The position numbers were made by a program, and so were the translations under genes. A stretch of 64,000 bases of DNA from a virus (taxonomy: Duplodnaviria > Caudoviricetes), in IMG/VR virus record IMGVR_UViG_3300037067_004728, positions 32,001 to 96,000 of that record. The stretch is one strand, 5' to 3'. The notes below the pieces were generated by a model. It was not told the origin of the DNA. It made no database searches and saw only the letters and a program-made list of their open reading frames with translations. Below are positions 32,200 to 41,640 of this stretch, in pieces. How positions within the stretch are numbered: the first letter of the stretch is position 1; each line of letters begins with the position of its first letter.

Positions 32200-33084
32200 T
32201 TATACTTGTATCGAGACTACTAAAAAGATGGTTGACTAAAACCTATTGGTTTCGTGTACATTTTGTATGGCAAAAGAAAGTTTGGATAGGGAATCTGTGG
32301 GTAACAAACGCTGATGAAGCCGCCGCAATACTATCCGAAAAAGCAGTACGTATCAAGTTAATTGAAAATAGGGGCAAAGAGCGGAATCCTTATATTTTTC
32401 GAGCAGGAATTGCTTGGCAGTTGGAGGACTCATCAATTTGGGTTAGTATACAATGATTACAATTGAAGGCAAGAAATATAAAGTAGTTGAATCACTCGGC
32501 TATAACCACGATGCTGGCACGTATGGCAAAGTTGTTTTAGTCGATGGTAAAGAACGAATTGCCGTAGGCACAAGAGGATGTTGGAAATTTTGGGAGCCAC
32601 AGCTTAGACCAGGAAGTAAAGTAACAGGAGCATAATATGCCACGATTCACAAATTTTTATATATGCTGGAAGGGTGTGGATAATTTTGAAGCTACAAAGC
32701 ATCTTGACCGAGCTATAGCTTCTACACAGATTAAGGTTGCGAGTCGAATTGATACGTATAAGGAAGAAGGCGATATAAAAACACTTGATGCTTTGATTGA
32801 ACACGCGCCTGATTGTCAATGTGAGGAATGCACAGGACAGCCTGTACCACCTTATATTGTTCCAATTGATCCGCTTGATTATTACAAGTCTATTATACGA
32901 AATGGTAGCGGTATGATTACCCTGCCACAAGGATTAGGAGTGATGGTTGGAAACGATGCTACTAAAGCACCAGCCGGTTGGTTGTTTGTTGATATTAAAG
33001 ATTTGACACCCGAAGCATTAAAAGAGTATATTGATGCTGTTCGTGATGGGCGTCAAGCATGGCCTAAAAACTGAGGAGATAAAA

Positions 33085-33717
33085 ATGCGGAATGATTTGA
33101 CGGATGTGACATTGGTTATTGATCGTAGTGGTTCAATGGCGAGCCGTAAAAAGGATGCTGAGGGTGGTATTAACACTTTTGTTAATGAACAGAAGAAACA
33201 GCCCGGAGAGTGTTTACTTTCATTGGTACAATTTGACACAGATTACGAGTTTGTTCATCGTGGTATCAAGATTCAGGACGTACCAGCTTATACCTTAGTA
33301 CCACGAGGTTGGACTGCATTACTGGATGCTGTTGGTCGGGCGATCAATGAAACAGGGGATCGTTTGGCGGCAATGCCAGAAGATCAACGTCCTGGGTTAG
33401 TCATTGTAGCAATCGTAACCGACGGTGAAGAAAACAGTAGCCGTGAGTTTACAAAGGCTCAAATTAAGCAAATGGTTGAGCGGCAGACCAATGAGTATTC
33501 GTGGCAATTTACTTTCTTGGGTGCAAATCAAGACGCATTTGCTGAGGCGCGACAACTTGGTATTTCGCGTGTTGGTACGTGTGACTATAATCCACAGAAT
33601 TCAGTGCAAGCATATCGAGCCTTGTCTGATAATGTGTCACGTATGCGAACGGCTAGCGCACAAGGAACCGAAGTTATGTGCTGTTACACTGAGGATGAAC
33701 GAAAGGCAATGTCCTAA
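33085..33717 (+). CDS. von Willebrand factor A domain protein
   Basis: VIDRSGSM (MIDAS), TALLDA, VTDGEEN, FLGANQD; GAGGAG RBS. Confidence 0.88.
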   Translation: MRNDLTDVTLVIDRSGSMASRKKDAEGGINTFVNEQKKQPGECLLSLVQFDTDYEFVHRGIKIQDVPAYTLVPRGWTALLDAVGRAINETGDRLAAMPEDQRPGLVIVAIVTDGEENSSREFTKAQIKQMVERQTNEYSWQFTFLGANQDAFAEARQLGISRVGTCDYNPQNSVQAYRALSDNVSRMRTASAQGTEVMCCYTEDERKAMS

Positions 33718-33718
33718 A

Positions 33719-34243
33719 ATGCTTCCGCATTTGTTACTAATATGTTGTTGCTGCTTAATGCCTGTTCGTGATGGAAGTATCATATTTTGGCAAGACGGTT
33801 TTCTTGTTAAGCCAATTATGAAAAATACGGGCAGCAACATCGTGCATGTTGCGATTGTACTCTATGAAAATGATGGCCCTTATGTCTATGAAGCCACTTG
33901 GCCGCGTGTACGTAAAATGCCATTAGCAGATTATTTACAACTCTTAGCCGATAAGCGATTTAAGCATGTTCCATCAAAACGCGGGTTTCGTTGGTTTATG
34001 ATGCAGCCACGCGAGGAATATACACCTAAGCAACTTGAATCAATGAAGCAATATGCACGGTCACAATTGGGGCGCCGATATATGATGCGTGGATGGTGGA
34101 AGAATAAAGAAGTCCGAGGAATCATGTGTTCGCAATTTGTTGGTAATTGTATTGAAAAATCGGGCAAAATCAAATCGGCTAATTTTAAAGAATCACCTGT
34201 TAGTTTAAAAGAAAAAGTGGAGACGTTTTATGAAGGGAACTAA
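33719..34243 (+). CDS. YiiX/YebB-like permuted papain-fold enzyme
   Basis: HVAI upstream, A..QLG..Y, MCSQFV; signal-like N-terminus. Confidence 0.7.
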   Translation: MLPHLLLICCCCLMPVRDGSIIFWQDGFLVKPIMKNTGSNIVHVAIVLYENDGPYVYEATWPRVRKMPLADYLQLLADKRFKHVPSKRGFRWFMMQPREEYTPKQLESMKQYARSQLGRRYMMRGWWKNKEVRGIMCSQFVGNCIEKSGKIKSANFKESPVSLKEKVETFYEGN

Positions 34244-34916
34244 GAAACAATCGGCATTATTACAAGTAGCCGAGCTAACGTGTGGCGCGGCTTTTGTTGC
34301 CGGGGCTTTTATTGCATGGCGTAGCTATGATTTACCAGGACTGTTTGCAATTATTGCTGCTGGTATAGGAGTAAGTATGTTAGCTCATGTTTTTGGAGTT
34401 GAATTATGAATTATGAGTGGTGGGACGTAGGCGAAGAACAACTGTTGCGGGGAGCCTTTCCTAATTTTGGAAAAACCTCGACCTCGAAAATAATGCAGGC
34501 TCTAATTCAGTTGGATGGACAAATGACTAGCTCGATTGTTTTTGGTGACAATAATATGCGGGCAGCAAGTCGTAGTGTAGTCTATCGCATTGCTTTACCG
34601 GAGGGTAAGCGGAGTGAATTTGAACAATTAACAGGCTACGCCTGTTCGTTGCCGCGAAAGGTGCATGTGAACTAATTATGTCTAAGTCGCTTCAAGATAA
34701 ATTTTTAGTTTTTGATGATGCTGGAAATCTTAAAGATGATGGCATTTATCGGGCTGAGACTATATTAAAAGAAGCCGGAGCAACGATAGAAAGAGGACTT
34801 ATTTTTGCCCCCTGTCAGTGGGATTTTGACAGGCACACGCAGGGGGATATGTTTGATGCTTTGGATTGGCTTTGCGATGAGTGGGATTATTCGTTTATTC
34901 CCTATGAGGATTTTTA

Positions 34917-35004
34917 GGAAGGGAGCCGAATACGGTTGGTCGGGCCGGTTTGCTAAACCGTGCGACCCTTCGGGGTCATGCGGGTTCAAATCCCGCCCCT
35001 TCCG
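34917..35004 (+). tRNA. tRNA-Ser(GCT)
   Basis: GGAAGGG/CCCTTCC acceptor stem, CGGT-TTGCTAA-ACCG, long variable arm with UUCG, G73. Confidence 0.93.
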
Positions 35005-35392
35005 CTTGACAAATCAAAATTGTATGATATGATTAAGATATGCTAAAGGCAATTAGATTTGACTTGCGATTGAATCTTCTTAAAGTGCATGTTGGTGTGC
35101 GCATACGTCCGCTTATACGATCATGGAAGTGGTTTCCGTATGGTTTGATCCCTACTTGTTTGTGGTTGGGGCCAATAGAGTTTACAGTTTTTGCAGGGAA
35201 ATACGCCAAGTGGCTTGATTTTTCATGCTCGGTGGATTTTGATTTGAAGGAAGAGGGTATTTCATTCCGATTTAATCCATTTTGGTGGGAATTAGGAACA
35301 ACTTTTTCATTAGACGGTATGAATGGGTATTTTACTGCCTATCCAAAATGTGGCCCCCTTCATATTTACGCATACAAATGGCTAGAACGTGT

Positions 35393-36121
35393 ATGAAACC
35401 ACTTAATCAAAAATGCTACGGGAGTATCGGCCACTTGCCCGGTTCACGGGTAGGTAAAACCGATCATTATATCACTGACGGGCAGGCTCGTATTGCAACT
35501 GTTAAGGGACGAGATTGTCACGATGTAGTGATCGTGCAGGAAAAATTAGATGGCGCATGTGTCGGGGTCGCTAAAATAAATAACGAGTTAGTAGCATTGA
35601 CTCGTGCTGGTAATTTGTGCGTTCGGTCGCAATTTCCTCATCATCATACTTTTGTGGAATGGATGTATCGCCACTATAATCGTTTTAATGCCCTACTTGA
35701 TGAAGGCGAACGAGTTGTTGGAGAATGGTTAGCTCTTGCTCACGGGACATTATATAATAATCAACAGAAAGGTTGGGAACCTTTTGTAGCTTTTGACCTA
35801 ATGAAAGGTACTGAACGATTAGTCTATCAGTTATTTAGCAGAAGGGTCAATAAATTTTTTAATACGCCACCGCTTATTTCTGAGGGCCTCCCCCGTACTA
35901 TTGACTGGGTTCGAGAAGAGTGTCCTGAAAGTCGATATGGCGGTGAGCATGTTGAGGGCTACATTTGGCGGGTTGAACGAAATCCGTATGCAAAGAATGG
36001 TCCGTATGTTGACTATCTTTGCAAATGGGTGAATCCTACTTATGTTGCAGGTAAGTATCTTCCAGAAATAAGTAATACTTTACCTGTTTGGAATTATTAT
36101 GAGGCCCCGGTACGCGCATGA
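35393..36121 (+). CDS. ATP-dependent RNA ligase family protein
   Basis: Y.SI.HLPGS, VQEKLDG, GEWL...H...Y, FVAFD, EGYIWR, CKWV; no OB domain. Confidence 0.8.
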   Translation: MKPLNQKCYGSIGHLPGSRVGKTDHYITDGQARIATVKGRDCHDVVIVQEKLDGACVGVAKINNELVALTRAGNLCVRSQFPHHHTFVEWMYRHYNRFNALLDEGERVVGEWLALAHGTLYNNQQKGWEPFVAFDLMKGTERLVYQLFSRRVNKFFNTPPLISEGLPRTIDWVREECPESRYGGEHVEGYIWRVERNPYAKNGPYVDYLCKWVNPTYVAGKYLPEISNTLPVWNYYEAPVRA

Positions 36122-36229
36122 GCGCTGAACCCATAAAACTACCGGGCTGGCGACTGGGATGGGTAACGCCTGGACCCCTAAAGGTATTGCGGCGTGGCGT
36201 CCGCATGTCCGGTATTGTTCCGGGGCCTC
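36101..36229 (+). ncRNA. candidate structured RNA with pseudoknot
   Basis: GAGGCCCCGG/CCGGGGCCTC closing helix, nested multibranch stems, ACCCAT/ATGGGT pseudoknot. Confidence 0.55.
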
Positions 36230-36735
36230 TACAAAATTATGTATAAATTTCTGCGCTGTAATACGGATATACGATTACCGACGCTTGAAGGTTGGTATTT
36301 AGAGGTACAGAGGGATGATTTTGCAACAATAATGGACCTTCATCTTGGTGTGGTGTCGTCTTATTGTACACGATTTGGTAGAAACCCTCATGCTGATCCC
36401 ACGAATATTTACAATCCTGTGCAACTGGCAAATCAATGGACTGCTATGCTTACTAAATTATTGAAACAGGATGGTAAAGTATTAGTCAATTCATGCGGCG
36501 GTTTTCTTCCCTTAACAAACATTAGAATTTTAAGTTGGATTGACGCGACTAAATTGCGTTGGCCGGATATTTATGCGGATGAAATTATTACAATTTCTCG
36601 CTGGCCCGAAGGTAGACATTATTATCTATCCAGCAATCATAATCGCATTTTTGTTCCTGCAAAATTTTCAACCTACGCAGGGGCTAGAGAATTAGCTACT
36701 GTGTATGTCAATGCTTCACAAATAAAATCAAACGC

Positions 36736-37878
36736 ATGAAAATACGAATTGTGGTTTACACGACGTTATTATTTGCCATTATTGGTGGCATTTATATTAA
36801 CACCTATTCCGATGTTTATGAAACATCGCAAGCGATAATCGTGCGAAATGATACTTCGCATGTTGAATCCGGTCCCGGTAAATTTCGGTATCCAGAAGAA
36901 ATGAAAAATCATCAGGAAGTCTTAGTCGAATTGGCTAGGAATATGGGCGCAAAAATCAAACCACCTAAAGGTGCAGAATTAGGTAAAACTGAAATCTGTT
37001 ACCTTGTTGGCGGATCATTTTATAAATTGCAGAGACAATTTCAAAATCTGCGAGCCGCACAAGCTCGTAGTATGTTGACAGAATTGCGGGACGCTGCTAG
37101 TATTGCTAAAGCCAATTTACTCGATGCCACAACACGATTAACTAAACTTGAAAAGAAACTAGGTGGCGATCTTGCTGAGTTACGCTCTATGCAAGAATGG
37201 ACAACTGGTGATAGCGCTCTACGTCGTACTGTCGAGGAACTACGCGCTAAAATAGCTGACATTAGTTGCCAAGAGAAAATTTATCAGAAACTATTGTTAG
37301 CTATTGATAGTATGCAAGAAGCTACTTTATCTTCAAGACTCTTAGACGCCCACCCACCATTGAAAAGACTCAAGGAAGGATTATCAGAGGCACATTTACG
37401 AACGGCCACACTCTTAGGAACCTACACTGAGAATCATCCTAAAGTAATAGCGGCTGTAGAATCAGAACGAATTGTTCACGAAAAATTAAAGCATGAGTTA
37501 ATTTTAGCATACGGAGGTATTAAACTTGAATGTGTCATGTTGTCAGTGACCCATAGATCATTAGACCAGCAACTAGCCACTGTAACCGCTAGATTACAGA
37601 ATCTTGCGAGTTTACGGGCTGAATATGTAAACACAATTGCTGAGGTTAAAAATTATAGTAGCTTTTTGGATCAAACTCAACGTAATTTGTTTGAAGCCCA
37701 GACCCTTGTTTATAATGATAGTTTGATTCTTCGAGTAGGGGAGCCAGTAGTGTCAATTAAACAACCCGCCCGACTGGTGGTTTTCTTAACCAGTATTTTG
37801 GGTGGTATACTCACTGGTATCGGATTAGTTTGTCTTATTTATCCGCCTGATTTGACAAAGTACAAACCTGTGATATAG
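36736..37878 (+). CDS. GumC/Wzc-like polysaccharide chain-length determinant
   Basis: N- and C-terminal TM helices, long coiled coil, YTENHPKV, GxxxGxG C-terminal TM. Confidence 0.7.
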   Translation: MKIRIVVYTTLLFAIIGGIYINTYSDVYETSQAIIVRNDTSHVESGPGKFRYPEEMKNHQEVLVELARNMGAKIKPPKGAELGKTEICYLVGGSFYKLQRQFQNLRAAQARSMLTELRDAASIAKANLLDATTRLTKLEKKLGGDLAELRSMQEWTTGDSALRRTVEELRAKIADISCQEKIYQKLLLAIDSMQEATLSSRLLDAHPPLKRLKEGLSEAHLRTATLLGTYTENHPKVIAAVESERIVHEKLKHELILAYGGIKLECVMLSVTHRSLDQQLATVTARLQNLASLRAEYVNTIAEVKNYSSFLDQTQRNLFEAQTLVYNDSLILRVGEPVVSIKQPARLVVFLTSILGGILTGIGLVCLIYPPDLTKYKPVI

Positions 37879-37887
37879 TTATGGTAT

Positions 37888-37968
37888 GGGCAGGTGGCGA
37901 AATGGCAAACGCTGGGGTCTTAAAAGCCCCTACCTGCGGGTTTGCGGGTTCGAGTCCCGCCCTGCCTA
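37888..37968 (+). tRNA. tRNA-Leu(TAA)
   Basis: GGGCAGG/CCTGCCT acceptor stem, GGGGT-CTTAAAA-GCCCC, variable arm, GGTTCGAGTCC. Confidence 0.93.
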
Positions 37969-38571
37969 CTTGACAATCTAAAAATTTGAGGTATAATTAA
38001 GATATGAAGTTTGGATACCTGAATAGATTTGGTGATTACTGGTATATGCCCCGGATGGATGGCTTGAGCGTTTTTAATGCTACCACTGGGGACCGAGTAG
38101 CTGAATGGTATGTCCATGATTCTAGGAATGAATGGAAAACATGGTCCTTTCATTGTTTAGTAAATACCTTGCCACCTGATGTGGCAAGCCGATTCGGGCA
38201 TGTTGTCCGCGATTGGGAAAAGTATGTGGATGATCGGCTTGTTGAATGTTTTAATTATTCGCGTCAGGACTAACTATGCGCCCCGCTCGAATTGTCAATT
38301 ATATCACATTTGCCGCTGACCGATGTGAATTTGAACTTGAAGTAAGTTTTTGGTATACTCCTGGCGATGAATGGGATGGGCCAGAGATTGAACTGGGTAG
38401 AGTACAAAGAGTTTTAGCCATTGTAACTCCATCTGGTTTAGTGATCGAGCAGCGGTGGTTAGAACAACGTGGATTTTATGCGTGGGCAAAACAATATGCC
38501 GAGAGAGAACTTGATCGGCGTTTGCAGCCCGATAGCCGAGTTTGGTGGGATTTATTAAGGATAGCAGAAGA

Positions 38572-38718
38572 ATGTTAAGCACATTTCACTGGTTTGTAGT
38601 GGCTTTGGTGGCCTTCTTGCTCTTTGGTAACAGATTGCCGTCAGTGATGAAGTCATTGGGGCAGGGAATCAATGAGTTTAAGAAGGGATTAAACGATCCA
38701 GACGAACCGAAGCATTGA
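38572..38718 (+). CDS. tatA: twin-arginine translocase subunit TatA (48 aa, not in ORF track)
   Basis: MLSTFHWFVVALVAFLLFGNRLPSVMKSLGQGINEFKKGLND: TM helix, FG hinge, amphipathic helix, EFKKG. Confidence 0.88.
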   Translation: MLSTFHWFVVALVAFLLFGNRLPSVMKSLGQGINEFKKGLNDPDEPKH

Positions 38719-38933
38719 TATTGATGCCGTGGCTTGTACCACGAGAAGCAGGATTATGCCTGCCGGTTCGCATTTTTAGGAGATTTATCATGGTTACTTT
38801 TGGTCGTGTACCCTTGACGCCGGATGAACGTAAAGCCCGCCGTCGTAAGGTATTGGCGGTGTTGGGTGTGCTAACCGCGATTGGCGGCACTATTGCCGGT
38901 CTTATTGCGGCAGGCGTTGCATATTTTAAGTAA

Positions 38934-39005
38934 GCCGCTGTAGAATAGTGGTTAGTTTACCGGCCCTTCAAGTCGGATACCTGGGTTCGAGTCCCAGCAG
39001 CGGTA
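38934..39005 (+). tRNA. tRNA-Glu(TTC), atypical C33
   Basis: GCCGCTG/CAGCGGT acceptor stem, CCGGC-CCTTCAA-GTCGG, 4-nt variable loop, GGTTCGAGTCC. Confidence 0.8.
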
Positions 39006-39007
39006 CT

Positions 39008-39081
39008 GTGACTGTAGCTCAATTGGTTAGAGCGGCAGGTTGTGGTCCTGCATGTTGCGGGTTCGACTCCCGCCAGTCACC
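39008..39081 (+). tRNA. tRNA-His(GTG)
   Basis: GTGACTG/CAGTCAC acceptor stem, CAGG-TTGTGGT-CCTG, C73; the -1 position is T. Confidence 0.92.
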
Positions 39082-39342
39082 TTATGAATAATTATAAACT
39101 CGCGGAAATAATCAGCAGGGGTATTAGAGCAAGAGGCTACAAAAGCAAGTCTCACCGATTACATCAGTTATTCGGTGGTAAATGGATTTATGACTATAGG
39201 TGTAGTTGGTGGTGTGATGATGATAAACGCCATGTTAGCCGATGCTCAGCCGGTGTTGATGAATTTGATAATGAGGTAGGACCGCCAGAGTATTGGTTAT
39301 ATGGTGATGGCGAACCGAAACGAGTTTATTTTTAGATTTTAC

Positions 39343-39370
39343 TTGACAAACTGAGTTTTTGAGATATAAT
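39343..39370 (+). promoter_or_regulatory. sigma70-type promoter driving the Y-like RNA array and rsr
   Basis: TTGACA-N16-TATAAT; predicted +1 near 39377, immediately before RNA unit 1. Confidence 0.85.
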
Positions 39371-39377
39371 TAAGTTA

Positions 39378-39438
39378 TAGGGCCGAAGCGGCTAGGTTAT
39401 CACTGTTAATGATTCCGCCTACCGCGTTCCTTGCCCTA
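39378..39438 (+). ncRNA. Y RNA-like hairpin 1
   Basis: TAGGGC(C)GAAG...CCTTGCCCTA bulged-C stem; inner stem GCGGCTAGG/CCTACCGC; TTATCA loop start. Confidence 0.8.
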
Positions 39439-39448
39439 ACCGTATTTG

Positions 39449-39507
39449 TGGGCCGAAGGTAGTCGGTTATCATTACATGGCGAAACCCGATTACCACACC
39501 TTGCCCA
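39449..39507 (+). ncRNA. Y RNA-like hairpin 2
   Basis: TGGGC(C)GAAG...CCTTGCCCA; inner stem GGTAGTCGG/CCGATTACC; TTATCA. Confidence 0.8.
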
Positions 39508-39518
39508 TTTTGAACTTA

Positions 39519-39580
39519 GGGGCCGAAGATTATCGGTTATCAATTTGGTTTTGACGCACCCGATAGTCAACCCTTGCCCC
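39519..39580 (+). ncRNA. Y RNA-like hairpin 3
   Basis: GGGGC(C)GAAG...CCTTGCCCC; inner stem GATTATCGG/CCGATAGTC; TTATCA. Confidence 0.8.
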
Positions 39581-39601
39581 GCTTTTTAATTTGGAGATTT
39601 T

Positions 39602-41206
39602 ATGCACAATTTGGCTAAGCACATTTCCGTTAAGACAACCCCTCAAAGCCGCGCTATCCCTGGTAAGAATCAGGTGCAGAATAATGCTGGCGGCTTTGTT
39701 TATTCCCTCGACTGTTGGAAGCGTTTGCAGAGATTCCTTATTCTAGGGTCAGATGGCGGAACTTATTATGCTACGGAAGCCAAGTTGACGATTGACAATG
39801 CTGGTGTGGTTGCCGAATGTGCAGCCACGGATGCACGGCGAACAGTCGATATGATTGTGGAAATTAGCCAGTCTGGTCGCGCACCGAAGAATGATGCGGC
39901 TATTCTTGCACTGGCTATTCTAGCCGCCAATGATAATGATGCTGTGCGACAATTGGCTTTGTCGGCGGTGTCAAAGGTTTGCCGTATCGGAACCCATATT
40001 TTCCAGTTTACGGCGGCATGTCGTGAATTGCGTGGTTTCGGTCGTGGGTTGCGAGAAGCAATTGCAGGCTGGTATAATGATAAGCCCGTTGCTGACCTTG
40101 CTTATCAGGTTACAAAGTATCGAAATCGTGCAGGATATACGCATAGGGATTTGTTGCGGCTAAGCCACCCCAATCCTGTCAGCGAGCAACGTGATGATTT
40201 GTACGGTTGGATTGTTGGCAAAGGTAAGAACTGGGTTGAAGCCCCTAATGTCGATGATCCTTTGGCTTACACGTATGCACTTGATCGAATCGGCGAATTG
40301 GACCCGGCAAGTTTCAGGGATGCAATCCGACTGATTGAGGACTATAATCTAGCGTTTGAGCATGTACCGACTTGCTTCTTGAATAATGCTAATGTTTGGG
40401 ATGCCTTGTTGCCGAATCTCAAGCCGACTTCATTGATCCGAAATCTTGGTAAGATGACTACTGTTGGCTTGTTGAAGCCGTTGTCTAAGTCTACAAGCTA
40501 TGTCTGTGAGGTCTTGAACAATGCGGAGCGAATTCGTAAGGCACGGGTACACCCACTTTCTATCTTACTGGCGCTGAATACTTATCAGCAGGGGCATGGG
40601 TTACTTGGCAATCTATCGTGGCGTCCTGTTCCTCAGATTACGTCGGCCTTGGAGTCCGCATTTTATCTGGCCTTTGATGCCGTTGAACCGACGAACAAGC
40701 GGCACTTTTTGGCTGTTGATGTTTCTGGGTCGATGGGTTGGTCATATTTGGCTAATACCCGCTTGTCGGCTCGTGAGGCTTCTGCTTGCATGTCGCTGGT
40801 GACTAGCAAGGTTGAGCCGAATACGTACACGCTTGGATTCTCGGATGAGTTGACTGATTTGGGTATCACGTCTCATTCTAATCTGAATGACGTATTGAAT
40901 ACGATTAAGAATCTCCGTATGCGTCGTACTGACTGTGCTTTGCCTATGATCTATGCGAAGCAGAATAAGTTGGAGGTTGATGCGTTTATTGTCTACACTG
41001 ACAATGAGACATGGTTTGGGAGTATTCATCCCAGTCAGGCGCTTGACCAGTATCGTCAGGCCAGCGGTATTGATGCGAAGTTGATTGTAGCTGGTATGAC
41101 GGCCACAGGCTTCACTATTGCTGACCCCAATGATACAGGCATGTTGGATGTTGTCGGTTTTGATGCCGCTTGCCCGGCTATTATGGCGAATTTTGTGAGG
41201 TCTTGA
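39602..41206 (+). CDS. rsr: Ro60/TROVE-domain RNA-binding protein (Rsr)
   Basis: N.AGG..Y, RFLILGS.GGTYY, KYR.R.G..HRDLLRL.HP, RNLGKM, RVHP, vWA MIDAS DVSGSM, TDNET, DVVGFD. Confidence 0.95.
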   Translation: MHNLAKHISVKTTPQSRAIPGKNQVQNNAGGFVYSLDCWKRLQRFLILGSDGGTYYATEAKLTIDNAGVVAECAATDARRTVDMIVEISQSGRAPKNDAAILALAILAANDNDAVRQLALSAVSKVCRIGTHIFQFTAACRELRGFGRGLREAIAGWYNDKPVADLAYQVTKYRNRAGYTHRDLLRLSHPNPVSEQRDDLYGWIVGKGKNWVEAPNVDDPLAYTYALDRIGELDPASFRDAIRLIEDYNLAFEHVPTCFLNNANVWDALLPNLKPTSLIRNLGKMTTVGLLKPLSKSTSYVCEVLNNAERIRKARVHPLSILLALNTYQQGHGLLGNLSWRPVPQITSALESAFYLAFDAVEPTNKRHFLAVDVSGSMGWSYLANTRLSAREASACMSLVTSKVEPNTYTLGFSDELTDLGITSHSNLNDVLNTIKNLRMRRTDCALPMIYAKQNKLEVDAFIVYTDNETWFGSIHPSQALDQYRQASGIDAKLIVAGMTATGFTIADPNDTGMLDVVGFDAACPAIMANFVRS

Positions 41207-41640
41207 TGGAACGTCAGTGTAGAAATTGTGAGTATTATCTATCATGGGCTAATGAATGCCGTAGACATTCACCACAAACACACGAAGCGAGTGTTAAAAT
41301 TAAACCTGGATTTATGAGTGGGCCAGTTGATTTGGGTACACGATTGGTTCATACGACAGTGTTTCCAAAAGTACAGGCAGCGGATTGGTGTGGAGAATTT
41401 ACACTAGCAAAAGAATTCGTAAAATGATTGGTGAAAAAGCAGCATTGATAGTGCAGGCTGAGGAGCATGTTTTACAGGCTCGACGCGAACTTTATATTGC
41501 AATGAATCGGCTACGATCTTTGGAAAATATGGTTACACCCAATGTTGCGCGTATGCTGGAAACTCTACGTATAGGTGTACAAGCCAAAATCAACGATTTG
41601 GAAATTGAGAAGTTTCAAACACGTTTACGTGTATTATGCG

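Noticed and set aside
34971-34980. TCGGGGTCAT inside tRNA-Ser (also hits near 24063 and 47150)
   Set aside because: These fall in a tRNA variable arm or in coding sequence and are treated as chance matches to the dispersed motif.
38934-39005. tRNA with a TCA anticodon (opal suppressor or Sec)
   Set aside because: The 5-bp stem CCGGC/GTCGG fixes the loop as CCTTCAA (TTC). The TCA register breaks the stem and there is no long variable arm.
39378-39580. 70-nt periodic repeats as a CRISPR array
   Set aside because: Conserved blocks are short and interleaved, and the variable parts pair within each unit. No cas operon is nearby, and adjacency to Ro60 explains them better.
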